Below, piece after piece: positions 55,483 through 64,000 of a stretch of DNA of 64,000 nt. Made by a program: the position numbers and the translations under genes. Under the pieces are notes generated by a model that saw only the letters and a program-made list of their open reading frames with translations, made no database searches and was not told where the DNA came from. The stretch's first letter is position 1. Every line of letters starts with the position of its first letter. The DNA comes from a virus: the IMG/VR virus record IMGVR_UViG_3300028829_004140, positions 8,742 to 72,741 of that record; one strand, 5' to 3'.

Positions 55483-56627
55483 TCTAACCCTTGAGCGGTC
55501 ATTTTAGTCAAGAGGTTCATAAAATCAGGATTTTCTGCCATAAAATTGTAAAGTTTTATCTGACCTTGGAACTTAAACCCTTTGGTTGATAGTAGTTCTT
55601 CTTGATTATCAACATCAATGTCTGGTCTCGCCTTCTTTAAAATTGCTTTAAAATCTTTTTCATCATCCCCTCCGCCAAAAGTAACGAAATCACAGGTACA
55701 CCATGCTCCGCTTTTTGAAACAAGTCCGAGATCCATTCCGATTTGTATATTTTCTTGAACCTTGTCGATTCCTTTTCCATATCTGATATAACTTTGCACC
55801 TGACCTCCCGGTGGTCCACAGGATGAACAGATAATTTTCCAGTTTACAATCTGGCCGATTCTTTTACCATTCTCATCAACCCAACCTTTAATTGCTGGAC
55901 GATCCATCCCACTGCCAGCTATTTCCATTCTTGTGTCTGCCTGATACTGAATTTTATTACCACCATCAGACATTTTAGCCTTGCCAAATCCACCAGTATT
56001 TGCGATATAGTGAGTTATAGCTATTACCAACCCTCGTTGCTTAGGAAGTAGTTGTCCAATCTTCTTGGTGAAAATTGATAAAATCTTAGGTAGTCCAGCA
56101 CGACCCGGACTAAAATCTCCTTCTATTTCTTTCTGCGGCAGAAGGGATGAAACCGAGTCGATAATTAACACAGCTCCGGCATAATCTGGATGGCTCATCA
56201 TCTTATAAGCGGCTTCTAAAAATACTTCTGCGGAAAGAGGTTTGTCGACAGGTGCAATTACGTGAATCTTGGATGTATCAAACCCTTCCACTTGAAAGTT
56301 CATGTCTTTAAGTCTACCTTCAGCGTCTAGATAAATCACTGGGCGACCTTCCGCTTGACAATTGGCTGCAATTTGCATTGCTGTAGTTGTTTTGCCGCTT
56401 TTAGGATCTCCTGTAAGGGTTAGCCAGCATCCTTCACGAACACCTCCACCCAAAGCTAGATCAATAGCAGGACTAATTGAAATCATTCCTAAATTTTTCT
56501 TTTCAGTTAGTACATCTATTCCGCTTTTAATAATTTCGCCATTATCTTTCAAAATGCTTTTTAAATATTTTGGTTGAGTGGACTTTTTATCTGCTTGAAA
56601 TTTATTACTAAATTCACTTGTTACCAT
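55479..56627 (-). CDS. recA: RecA/UvsX recombinase
   Basis: SPAIDLALGGG, GDPKSGKTT (Walker A), YLDAEGR, IIDSVSSL, GGNKIQY, YGKGID and SGAW motifs. Confidence 0.9.
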   Translation of the reverse strand: MVTSEFSNKFQADKKSTQPKYLKSILKDNGEIIKSGIDVLTEKKNLGMISISPAIDLALGGGVREGCWLTLTGDPKSGKTTTAMQIAANCQAEGRPVIYLDAEGRLKDMNFQVEGFDTSKIHVIAPVDKPLSAEVFLEAAYKMMSHPDYAGAVLIIDSVSSLLPQKEIEGDFSPGRAGLPKILSIFTKKIGQLLPKQRGLVIAITHYIANTGGFGKAKMSDGGNKIQYQADTRMEIAGSGMDRPAIKGWVDENGKRIGQIVNWKIICSSCGPPGGQVQSYIRYGKGIDKVQENIQIGMDLGLVSKSGAWCTCDFVTFGGGDDEKDFKAILKKARPDIDVDNQEELLSTKGFKFQGQIKLYNFMAENPDFMNLLTKMTAQGLE

Positions 56628-57075
56628 CTGCTTTCCTTATTTTTGATAATAGACTATTGTTTTTCTTCTTCTTTTTTGACTTGTATTCGCCTTTAGGTAA
56701 GTTCACAACTTTTTTTTCTTGCAGCTCTTGGGCGTCAGTTATTTTCTTGGCTTTTTTTACTCCCTCTTCTACGAAGTCGAGTATTAGTACAAACTTTTTA
56801 CTTTTATGTAGAAAGCCCAACGAATAAATACTTTTACCACTTGGGCTGTTTAAATAGTAAAATATGGGCTTCTCTCCATATTTCTTTATTAATCTGTTGG
56901 CTACTCTTATCTGAATTTTGTAAGAGTCTCCTTTATTCCAAAATTTGTAAGCAAGACTTCCCTTGTTTTCGCGTTCAGCTTTTCTAATGCAAACCATTTC
57001 AGCTAAATACTGAGCAGCAGTACAAGGTTCACCCGTTGAGATACTTTTGAACTTTTTCTCGTTTTTCTGATTCAT
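56614..57075 (-). CDS. Hypothetical basic protein
   Basis: Lys-rich ORF that overlaps both neighbours. Confidence 0.55.
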   Translation of the reverse strand: MNQKNEKKFKSISTGEPCTAAQYLAEMVCIRKAERENKGSLAYKFWNKGDSYKIQIRVANRLIKKYGEKPIFYYLNSPSGKSIYSLGFLHKSKKFVLILDFVEEGVKKAKKITDAQELQEKKVVNLPKGEYKSKKKKKNNSLLSKIRKADGNK

Positions 57076-57568
57076 TTTTAAAAATCAACTGTTCAATGTT
57101 TACTTTTGTCAACTTTCTCTTTCCCTGCAATTCTTCAAAATCATTCAAAGGCCAGACAAACTTTCTAATGTCTATATGTTTGCAGTTTTTATTAAGCAGT
57201 GACACTGTTAGACTTTGGTAGTCTTTAAAGTCGCCTGACATTGACTGTTCTCTGGCGACCCCTCTCGATATAGAAAACCCGTCCAAGCCATCTGGGTCAG
57301 AAAAAAATTCTACAGCAGGACATCCAAGCATATGCAGCTTGATGCTTGTTGGCGTTGTATTAGTTTTAAAGCAATGCTTTTTAAATCTTTCCCAGCATTT
57401 TTCATAACCCTGTCTTTCATAGTCTCCATAGACAAGGCTTCCGTCTGTCATAGTTGCTATCCAACTCATTGTCAAGGATGACATCAGTTGTTTTCTCACA
57501 AATGGATCGAAAGAAGTACATACAGAATCGTTTAAAAGATGTAGGGGTTTATCTTTAACTTCCGACAT
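57029..57568 (-). CDS. Hypothetical protein
   Basis: 179-aa ORF in the operon. Confidence 0.55.
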   Translation of the reverse strand: MSEVKDKPLHLLNDSVCTSFDPFVRKQLMSSLTMSWIATMTDGSLVYGDYERQGYEKCWERFKKHCFKTNTTPTSIKLHMLGCPAVEFFSDPDGLDGFSISRGVAREQSMSGDFKDYQSLTVSLLNKNCKHIDIRKFVWPLNDFEELQGKRKLTKVNIEQLIFKNESEKREKVQKYLNG

Positions 57569-57572
57569 TTAC

Positions 57573-57938
57573 TTACCTTTTCTTTATTTCGTGAATATGT
57601 TTAGAGTATCGTGGACTAACTTCTGGTGATTTCCTTTTTGCTCTTGATTCGTCAGCAGCCATTGACGCTGCCTGAGTTCCAATCGTAGAACGCACAACCC
57701 CGTTTTCCGCTACGTTTCTGGCGTACAAAGGATTTGATTCAGTTGGTGGGCTTAGAGCTTCTGATGCTAGTTCTTCTTCTTGCTTTTCCTTATTGGCTGT
57801 AAAGGAAAGCTTCATGATTTGTTTATCAACCATGTGAACGGATCTATCTAGTAGATCTGCTATTTCATTGGGTGTTGTGTCTTGGTAATTTTTAGCAATA
57901 TATGCTTTTTCTTTTTTTGAAAGTGGTCCCTTCTTCAT
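57573..57938 (-). CDS. Putative HTH DNA-binding protein
   Basis: GPLSKKEKAYI....TPNEIADLLDRS. Confidence 0.5.
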   Translation of the reverse strand: MKKGPLSKKEKAYIAKNYQDTTPNEIADLLDRSVHMVDKQIMKLSFTANKEKQEEELASEALSPPTESNPLYARNVAENGVVRSTIGTQAASMAADESRAKRKSPEVSPRYSKHIHEIKKR

Positions 57939-58297
57939 TATTTAATCTCCATTAATAAACGTCTAGCGAAAGTGTAATCAGTTCTTTTTTTGCTTTTTAG
58001 ATATTTCATAAAAGCTTCAAATGTAGCAACGTTAACCTTTCTAAAAGAGAATGTTGCAAGCCTAGCTCTACCTACTCCAGAGTTGGTGTAGTAAGGGTCA
58101 ATCAATTCTCCGCTCGAAATTCTTAGGAAGAACTGTTTTGACAAATTTTCGTAATCATACGTACAAGAAACGCTTTTTGCGAAAGCAGTTCTTTCATCCT
58201 TTACTTTTTTTGCGTCCATACCAAACCATTGTACAAGAGTTTCTGTGGGCTTTGGTAGTCCCATTTGGTCAAAATCTTCGCTACTATGGTTTTTCAT
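57938..58297 (-). CDS. Hypothetical protein
   Basis: 119-aa ORF coupled to its neighbours. Confidence 0.55.
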   Translation of the reverse strand: MKNHSSEDFDQMGLPKPTETLVQWFGMDAKKVKDERTAFAKSVSCTYDYENLSKQFFLRISSGELIDPYYTNSGVGRARLATFSFRKVNVATFEAFMKYLKSKKRTDYTFARRLLMEIK

Positions 58298-58559
58298 TAA
58301 GGTTCTCCAATAATTGTTTTACTTTTAGGATACATTCACCTTCTGTAGCTCCGGCAATCATTATCCGGGCTTTATCTCTAATTCCAAACTTAGAAAGTCT
58401 ACCGTTACCGACTACGGATTCTCCTATGATTCCATTAGAGTCTAGCTCTCTGACTTCTATTTTTAGCGTTATAATTGCTGTATGTGGATTAGCTCTTGGT
58501 GGATCGGGATCTTTTTCTATCCCGCTTCTCATCATTTTTGAGAAAGCTGTTTCTCTCAT
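58284..58559 (-). CDS. Hypothetical protein
   Basis: 91-aa ORF with an ATGA overlap. Confidence 0.5.
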   Translation of the reverse strand: MRETAFSKMMRSGIEKDPDPPRANPHTAIITLKIEVRELDSNGIIGESVVGNGRLSKFGIRDKARIMIAGATEGECILKVKQLLENLNEKP

Positions 58560-58915
58560 GTCGATGGTCGCTCCCCTGTCTTAACCCAATGCGTTTGCTG
58601 TTCTGGTGTCATTGAAACAATCGCTCGATGACGTTCTCTTGCGCTCTTTTGTTTTGTAGAAAGTTCTGAGTTTATCTTATCGCTAGATCGCTTAGTTTCT
58701 AATTCATACTTTCCCATTTTTGCCGTATTTCTCTCGGCCTGCTGTGCGATTGTGGTAGGTTCTCCCTTAACGATAATACCGGGAGCGTTAATGAATATTT
58801 TTTTTAAGCTTTTCTGTTCGCAAATAGGACAAGTGTGATTTTCGGGTTCGTCATGTCTCTGAACAATTTCTATATGATAAGCACAAGGTTCGCATTCAAA
58901 ATCGTATGTTGGCAT
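58556..58915 (-). CDS. FmdB-like zinc-ribbon regulatory protein
   Basis: MPTYDFECEPC...CPICE..L.KI. Confidence 0.8.
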   Translation of the reverse strand: MPTYDFECEPCAYHIEIVQRHDEPENHTCPICEQKSLKKIFINAPGIIVKGEPTTIAQQAERNTAKMGKYELETKRSSDKINSELSTKQKSARERHRAIVSMTPEQQTHWVKTGERPST

Positions 58916-58939
58916 CTTAGTTCCTCGTTCCTGTTCAAT

Positions 58940-58976
58940 AAAAGGGAGTTACTGTATTATAGATACAAGTAACCCC
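58940..58976 (-). terminator. Hairpin with a T-tail after phoH; a TATAAT spans the loop
   Basis: Minus strand reads GGGGTTACTTGTAT-CTATA-ATACAGTAACTCCC-TTTT. Confidence 0.45.
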
Positions 58977-58992
58977 CAAAGCACATTTTAGT

Positions 58993-59673
58993 TTATTTTA
59001 ACCTATTTAAAATTCTAGATATAATTCTGTTTCGAACAATGTCTTCATTAGTTAGATAGCAAATTCCAACACCCTTTAGGTCATCTAGTTTTTCCATGCA
59101 GTTATTTAATCCTCCTGATGTATCATAAGATCCTCTTAGATCGGTTTGGTCTAAATCTCCATTAACAACTGCTTTAGAGCCGATGCCGATTCTTGTCATA
59201 AACATTTTGATTTGTTCATACGTGGCATTCTGTGCTTCATCTAAAATCATAAATGTGTGATGAAAGTTTCTTCCACGCATATATTCCAAGGGACACACTT
59301 CTATTTTGTTTGTGGCCCTCATTGAATTATATGTTTCCACCCCTAGATAAAGTTTCATTTCTTCAATTATTGGAACCATGTAAGGATGAACCTTCTCATT
59401 AAGCGAGCCGGGCAAGAAGCCCAACCCTCTTCCTGACTCTATTACTGGCCTTGTTATTATTATTTTTTCTATTTTTTCTTCTAATATATATTCACAAGCC
59501 ATTCCTACTGCTACTGCGGTCTTACCAGATCCGGCTGGACCACAGCAAAATGTAAGATCATTTTCTGACATTAATGATATATAATCAAACTGATTTTCGC
59601 TTTTGGGTTTAAGTTTTTTTCGGGCTGGTCTAATGGGCTGTTTCTTACTGTTGTCTCTTCTTCTTTTAGCCAT
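58993..59673 (-). CDS. phoH: PhoH-like ATPase
   Basis: GPAGSGKT, ITRP, LGFLPG, LEYMRGR, ILDEAQN, GDLDQTD and DIVR motifs. Confidence 0.93.
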   Translation of the reverse strand: MAKRRRDNSKKQPIRPARKKLKPKSENQFDYISLMSENDLTFCCGPAGSGKTAVAVGMACEYILEEKIEKIIITRPVIESGRGLGFLPGSLNEKVHPYMVPIIEEMKLYLGVETYNSMRATNKIEVCPLEYMRGRNFHHTFMILDEAQNATYEQIKMFMTRIGIGSKAVVNGDLDQTDLRGSYDTSGGLNNCMEKLDDLKGVGICYLTNEDIVRNRIISRILNRLK

Positions 59674-59682
59674 TGCAGTGCC

Positions 59683-61176
59683 TTAATAAGTGTCGTTGGA
59701 TTTAAACTCATGAATAGTCGAATCTTTTACCAAGAATATTTCACTAGAATCGTTTCGGTAGGATAGTGAAGCTGTTACACTTTCACCTCCTACGCCTCCA
59801 CCAGTGATTGAAAAATCTGTTAAAAAATTCTTGTCACCTAGATTCCATTGCCAGTATTTTGAGGCAACGGCGGGATCTTTTGCTAATATTCTAATTTCTC
59901 TATCCGCCTTATTGTTTCCCTGAAACTCTTTGGCGTAGTAGGCATACAGCTCCGAATTCGTGTTGGTCAATCCATAAGAGCTAAAGTGAGTATCCGTAAC
60001 AAGGTGGTCGAACTTGTCTATAGGCGGCTGAATTGCCGATGGATATGTGTTGGGACTGACTGTCTTTGGTTTCGTTTGCTGATTAGAGTTTATGTAATGA
60101 TCTCTTACAATTCCTTCAAATGTACAACTTACTGCAATAGGAAATTGAAGAATTTTATAATTGTTTATTCGAGTTTCTCCCCCTTCATCTGGAGTACCTG
60201 CCTGCTGCTGGGCTACATTTGAGTATATATCACTCCCAGACCACTGTCCGTAATCTACAAGTTCCTTAATATTAAATTCTATGTCAATACTAATAGAAGT
60301 TATTCCTATGATTGGAATACCATCCTTCTCGTTGCCAAGATAGAATAACTCCTGAACCTCTAGCGGCAACCAAGCGTAGGGAAGTCCGGCATCGGCTTGC
60401 GTATGAGGAACGATATCTGGATTTAGTATAATATTTTTACGCCGTAAGGTTTTTGCTTTTCTAGGAAGAGGGACCGCACTATCACTCACCTCTGGGTCCA
60501 AGTCTTCAAAAAGCATAGCATCAACAACCAAATCCTGTTCGTAATATTCAGCGGTGAGCGATATTGTTTCTCGAACAGCACCCTCTGTTTCAATATCATA
60601 AGATATAGAGTTTAAAACGGCACTTCTGTATGTTATGGTCCTACATTCGCTGGTTGTCGATGGGGGATCTTCTCCGGGCGGAAATCCGCTATTTATATTA
60701 GAAATGCTGTCTCTGCCATAAACAACCGTTATATCATAATATCTTAGCTTACCATTTCCAACACCAATTCCGTTATTAATATTGGTAACATGCGCTTCTT
60801 CGTAAGTGGTCTTACCGGTTGTGTTGTAGAAAAAATCACCCTTCCCCAATCCATATTCACCCGCTACTACATCTGGGGCACCAGAACTTGGGGAGGGTTC
60901 GTAGTAAAAATTATCTTTCAAAGACCCTAGAACTCTAGTGATTTGAATTTCGTATTTTGTCTTACCGTATTTTAATTTGTCCTGAGTCATTTGACCAAAC
61001 TCGGGAAGTTTTTCTTGAGAAATCTGCCTTTCTACACTTATATCCTGAACACCATCTAGAAATAGATGGTCCGTAATAACTGCGCCTAAAGGGTCACCCG
61101 GACCTATAGCTGTCTTGTAAAAAACAGCATGAGAAAAATAACCTATTCTATCGTTAAAAGGTGATGTATATGCCAT
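59683..61176 (-). CDS. Second tail tube-like protein (paralog of 391..1425)
   Basis: Colinear motif pairs: NDRIGY/NDRIFY, GVQDI/GLQSV, ISYDIETEG/VSYSYNVDG, FPIAVSCTFE/FPIEVSCEFE and GGGVGGE...SYRN/GGDAGGG...SYTN. Confidence 0.6.
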   Translation of the reverse strand: MAYTSPFNDRIGYFSHAVFYKTAIGPGDPLGAVITDHLFLDGVQDISVERQISQEKLPEFGQMTQDKLKYGKTKYEIQITRVLGSLKDNFYYEPSPSSGAPDVVAGEYGLGKGDFFYNTTGKTTYEEAHVTNINNGIGVGNGKLRYYDITVVYGRDSISNINSGFPPGEDPPSTTSECRTITYRSAVLNSISYDIETEGAVRETISLTAEYYEQDLVVDAMLFEDLDPEVSDSAVPLPRKAKTLRRKNIILNPDIVPHTQADAGLPYAWLPLEVQELFYLGNEKDGIPIIGITSISIDIEFNIKELVDYGQWSGSDIYSNVAQQQAGTPDEGGETRINNYKILQFPIAVSCTFEGIVRDHYINSNQQTKPKTVSPNTYPSAIQPPIDKFDHLVTDTHFSSYGLTNTNSELYAYYAKEFQGNNKADREIRILAKDPAVASKYWQWNLGDKNFLTDFSITGGGVGGESVTASLSYRNDSSEIFLVKDSTIHEFKSNDTY

Positions 61177-61209
61177 TATTTATTATCTCCCATATTAGTA
61201 ATACGCATT

Positions 61210-61626
61210 TCAGTCACCCTCTTTAACAAAAACACCATCAATCATTTTACCCTTACGATCTCTAATATCATTCCAAGCAGTTTCTAAACATTCTCCAATG
61301 CTTAATCCATTTCTCTCCGCAATATTAATGAGTACAACTATCATGTCTCCGATATCGTCCGAAACGTTTTTGTCTTTGCAAATACTATCACTAAGCTCTC
61401 CCGCCTCTTGTATTAGTTTGGCAAATTGGTCTTTGTCGGTAGATCCATTGATTAGATTGCGCTCATGGTGCCATCGTGTAATTTTTTCTATCAAGGTTTT
61501 AGTTCCTACGTTCTTCTTGATAGAATTGTGGCTTTTTTCTAACATATCCATTCTTGCTTTATGATCTTGACATTCGGGCAGGTCATTGCAGCAATTTTTG
61601 ATGTTCGCAACGTTAACTCGTACCAT
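61210..61626 (-). CDS. MazG-like nucleotide pyrophosphohydrolase
   Basis: QFAKLIQEAGEL, DDIGDMIVVL and AWNDIRDRKGKMIDGVFVKE motifs. Confidence 0.85.
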   Translation of the reverse strand: MVRVNVANIKNCCNDLPECQDHKARMDMLEKSHNSIKKNVGTKTLIEKITRWHHERNLINGSTDKDQFAKLIQEAGELSDSICKDKNVSDDIGDMIVVLINIAERNGLSIGECLETAWNDIRDRKGKMIDGVFVKEGD

Positions 61627-61628
61627 AG

Positions 61629-61832
61629 TTAGTCCTTTTTGAATTTAAAATGAATCTTGTCTAAATGAATCGTAACAAAAGTTTCATCTCCTATCTTTTC
61701 GGTTGTCACATGATCCGAAATTGTAGAAACGACTTTGGAGATCTGTTTTATGGTTTTTTCTTCTATGCCATACTTCTCTAGTATGTTATCAACGATACTG
61801 TCAAAAATACCACTATATCTTTTGTTACTCAT
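61629..61832 (-). CDS. Small hypothetical protein
   Basis: 67-aa ORF with an ATGA overlap to the nrdB stop. Confidence 0.55.
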   Translation of the reverse strand: MSNKRYSGIFDSIVDNILEKYGIEEKTIKQISKVVSTISDHVTTEKIGDETFVTIHLDKIHFKFKKD

Positions 61833-62899
61833 AAAATATCTCCTAAATCCATATCATCCAAATCATTTTTACTGGCTCCAATCTTATAGCTGGTGATTTC
61901 ATGCTCTTGTGGAGCCACTTGAACACTCTCACTGCTCATCCAATGACTTGTCCATCCGGCGATGGGATTCTTTCCTACGTTATCGTATGGTAGACCTATC
62001 GTTTTTCTTCGTGACATACACAACCAATCGACGTACTGATGTAGAACCTGCTCGTTTAAGCCTAATATTGAACCATTTTGAAACAAATAGGATGCCCATT
62101 CTTTTTCTTCTTTTGCAGCGCTCTCGAACATTTCTATAGCATCGTCCTGACATTGCTTTGCCGTATTCACAAACCCCTCGTCTTCTTCCTTGTGTAGAAT
62201 TTTTAATATGGCCTGAGTGTTAGCTAGGTGCAAAGCCTCATCTCGTTTTATTAATTTTATGATATCTGCATTGCCTACCATTTTTTTATTTTCAGCAAAG
62301 GCGAAACTACAAACAAAGCTGACGTAAAACCTAACAGCTTCGAGGATGTTAATGCTGACTACAGACATATAGATTTGTTTTCTTATATCTGAAGGCTTAT
62401 TGCTACTGCAAGCCATTCCCATGAGATTGTTATAATCCCTAATTGCAGAGTTGGCTCGCTTCATAATTTCTTTATCTTCGTAAATACCGTTAAAAACTTC
62501 TCCGCTGTCTGGGTAAACATTTTGAATAATATAACTATAACTTTGAGAATGGATTTTCTCAAAGAACTGCCAAGTCATTAGGCAAGCCTCTAGTTCAGAG
62601 TTGGTCACAAACTCAAGCAATGTTGGTACTCCACGGCAGATAACACTGTCGAGCATAGTTTGATATTTCAGATTAGATGTAAAGATAAACTTTTCATTAT
62701 CAGATAATTCCTTAAAATCAGACCTATCTTTCTTTAGTTCAATTTCTTCTGGTCTCCAGAAGTTCATCATTTGCTTACTATCAAGATCCTTAAATACAGG
62801 ATATTTTATCTGATCGTAACGCTGTACTCCAAGATCTTTTCCAAGAAACAGCGGTTGTGATTTAGGGTCTATGTTTTTTGTATTAAAAATTGTTTTCAT
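61829..62899 (-). CDS. nrdB: Ribonucleotide reductase class Ia beta subunit
   Basis: FWRPEEI, QTMLDS, EKIHSQSY, LEAVRFYVSF, RDEALH and APQE.EITSY motifs. Confidence 0.95.
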   Translation of the reverse strand: MKTIFNTKNIDPKSQPLFLGKDLGVQRYDQIKYPVFKDLDSKQMMNFWRPEEIELKKDRSDFKELSDNEKFIFTSNLKYQTMLDSVICRGVPTLLEFVTNSELEACLMTWQFFEKIHSQSYSYIIQNVYPDSGEVFNGIYEDKEIMKRANSAIRDYNNLMGMACSSNKPSDIRKQIYMSVVSINILEAVRFYVSFVCSFAFAENKKMVGNADIIKLIKRDEALHLANTQAILKILHKEEDEGFVNTAKQCQDDAIEMFESAAKEEKEWASYLFQNGSILGLNEQVLHQYVDWLCMSRRKTIGLPYDNVGKNPIAGWTSHWMSSESVQVAPQEHEITSYKIGASKNDLDDMDLGDIL

Positions 62900-64000
62900 A
62901 TTGCACACGCTCCAGATTCGCAGTTCATTTCTTTTTCTGTATCTCCATCACCATCGGGAGTATTACAGTAGTAAAAATTCTTTAGTCCGTACTTATATCC
63001 ATAGATCTGATCTTTGATAATTACACTTAGCGGAATATTTCCATCCTCGTAATGTGAATAGTTATAGTATAGATTGGTACTCATGCTCATATCTGTAAAC
63101 TTTTGAATAACCGCCGCTACATCCATAATGTCTCTATTGCTATCCATGTCCCAAGCCATAGTATAATAATTTTTACGCATATGGTAGTTGGGAACTAATT
63201 GCTTTAATACTCCATTCTTAGCCTTTTTTGAGATTAATAAGCTCCGCACAGGCTCTATTCCATTTGTGCTGTTCTGAATAACAGAACTAGACTCACAAGG
63301 CATAATAGCAGATAAAGTAGAATGCCGTAAACCATAGGTTTTAATTTTTTCACGCAAAGCCTCCCAGTCCATGTTATACTTTGGTTTAATGATATCGTCA
63401 ACCTTTTTTTTGTACCAATCAATAGGCAGAAGTCCTTTTGAATATTTGGTATCTTCAAATTTAGGGCATGGTCCTAGTTCTTCCGCTAGTTCGCAACTAG
63501 CATTAAGTAGATTCCATTGAATTTGTTCCATAGTCTCATGTACTAACTCTAAAGATTCGGTTCCATATTTTAATTTATTCTTTGCCAAAAATCCGGCAAG
63601 ATTAGTGATACCAATACCTAATGATCTACGGTTCTTTGTAAAGTTTTCTCCGGCAATAACAGGGTAGTCTTGATAGTCAATAACGGCATCCAGAGTTCTT
63701 ACTGCCATACGGCACGCTTCTTCAACATCCTTCTCGCTGGATAACTCTAGAAGATTTAATGCAGAAAGAATACAAATACCAATTTCACCTTCTGGATCGT
63801 CGATGGATTTAATTGGAACTGTTGGATGAATAATTTCTTGACATAGGTTGCTCATATGGCATGGTATGTCCCACGATCCGTGTGCATTAGCTGAGTCAAT
63901 GTTCATACTGTAGATGCGACCTGTTTCCAGTCGCTCGCGAGCATAAATCTGTGCAAGCTGGCGAGCGGGAATTTTCTTCTTAAATTTTAGTGATCTTTTA
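62896..64000 (-). CDS. nrdA: Ribonucleotide reductase class Ia alpha subunit (5' end outside the window)
   Basis: ETGRIY, SNLCQEI, C.LSALN, RRSLGIG, NSTNGIEP and C-terminal CESGACAI motifs. The frame is open to the window edge. Confidence 0.95.
   Translation of the reverse strand, partial: KRSLKFKKKIPARQLAQIYARERLETGRIYSMNIDSANAHGSWDIPCHMSNLCQEIIHPTVPIKSIDDPEGEIGICILSALNLLELSSEKDVEEACRMAVRTLDAVIDYQDYPVIAGENFTKNRRSLGIGITNLAGFLAKNKLKYGTESLELVHETMEQIQWNLLNASCELAEELGPCPKFEDTKYSKGLLPIDWYKKKVDDIIKPKYNMDWEALREKIKTYGLRHSTLSAIMPCESSSVIQNSTNGIEPVRSLLISKKAKNGVLKQLVPNYHMRKNYYTMAWDMDSNRDIMDVAAVIQKFTDMSMSTNLYYNYSHYEDGNIPLSVIIKDQIYGYKYGLKNFYYCNTPDGDGDTEKEMNCESGACAI

Noticed and set aside
1-64000. Stop-codon reassignment, tRNA genes, CRISPR arrays, integrase or IS elements
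   Set aside because: Genes are full length under the standard code and use all three stop codons. Intergenic gaps are short, and none showed a cloverleaf, array or transposase by eye (tRNAscan-SE was not run).

Overview
This window is an AT-rich, gene-dense segment of a large tailed dsDNA bacteriophage with two convergent blocks that meet at about 26.6 kb. The plus-strand block (1-26604) encodes tail morphogenesis genes: a probable tail tube protein, two paralogous chaperone-like proteins, a 3145-aa tape measure protein (TMP) and tail-tip/structural proteins. It ends in a glycosyltransferase / radical SAM / methyltransferase cassette. The minus-strand block (26610-64000) encodes nrdA/nrdB, MazG-like, PhoH, RecA, DnaB, primase, dNMP kinase, a RecB/Cas4-like nuclease, a DnaE polymerase split into two genes without an intein, a DEDDh exonuclease and SSB. 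These run straight into a ~15 kb island of glycosyltransferases, methyltransferases, GDP-fucose synthase and a nucleotidyltransferase. Main points of interest: (i) a modular TMP with four 'DxVPAMLxxGEFV' modules, two of which bracket a PD-(D/E)xK nuclease-like domain; (ii) a very large phage glycan-building system, including a zinc-finger-containing GT-B enzyme directly downstream of ssb/dnaE; (iii) a second tail-tube paralog among the DNA-metabolism genes; (iv) the intein-less split DnaE. All calls come from reading motifs by eye; no database searches were run.
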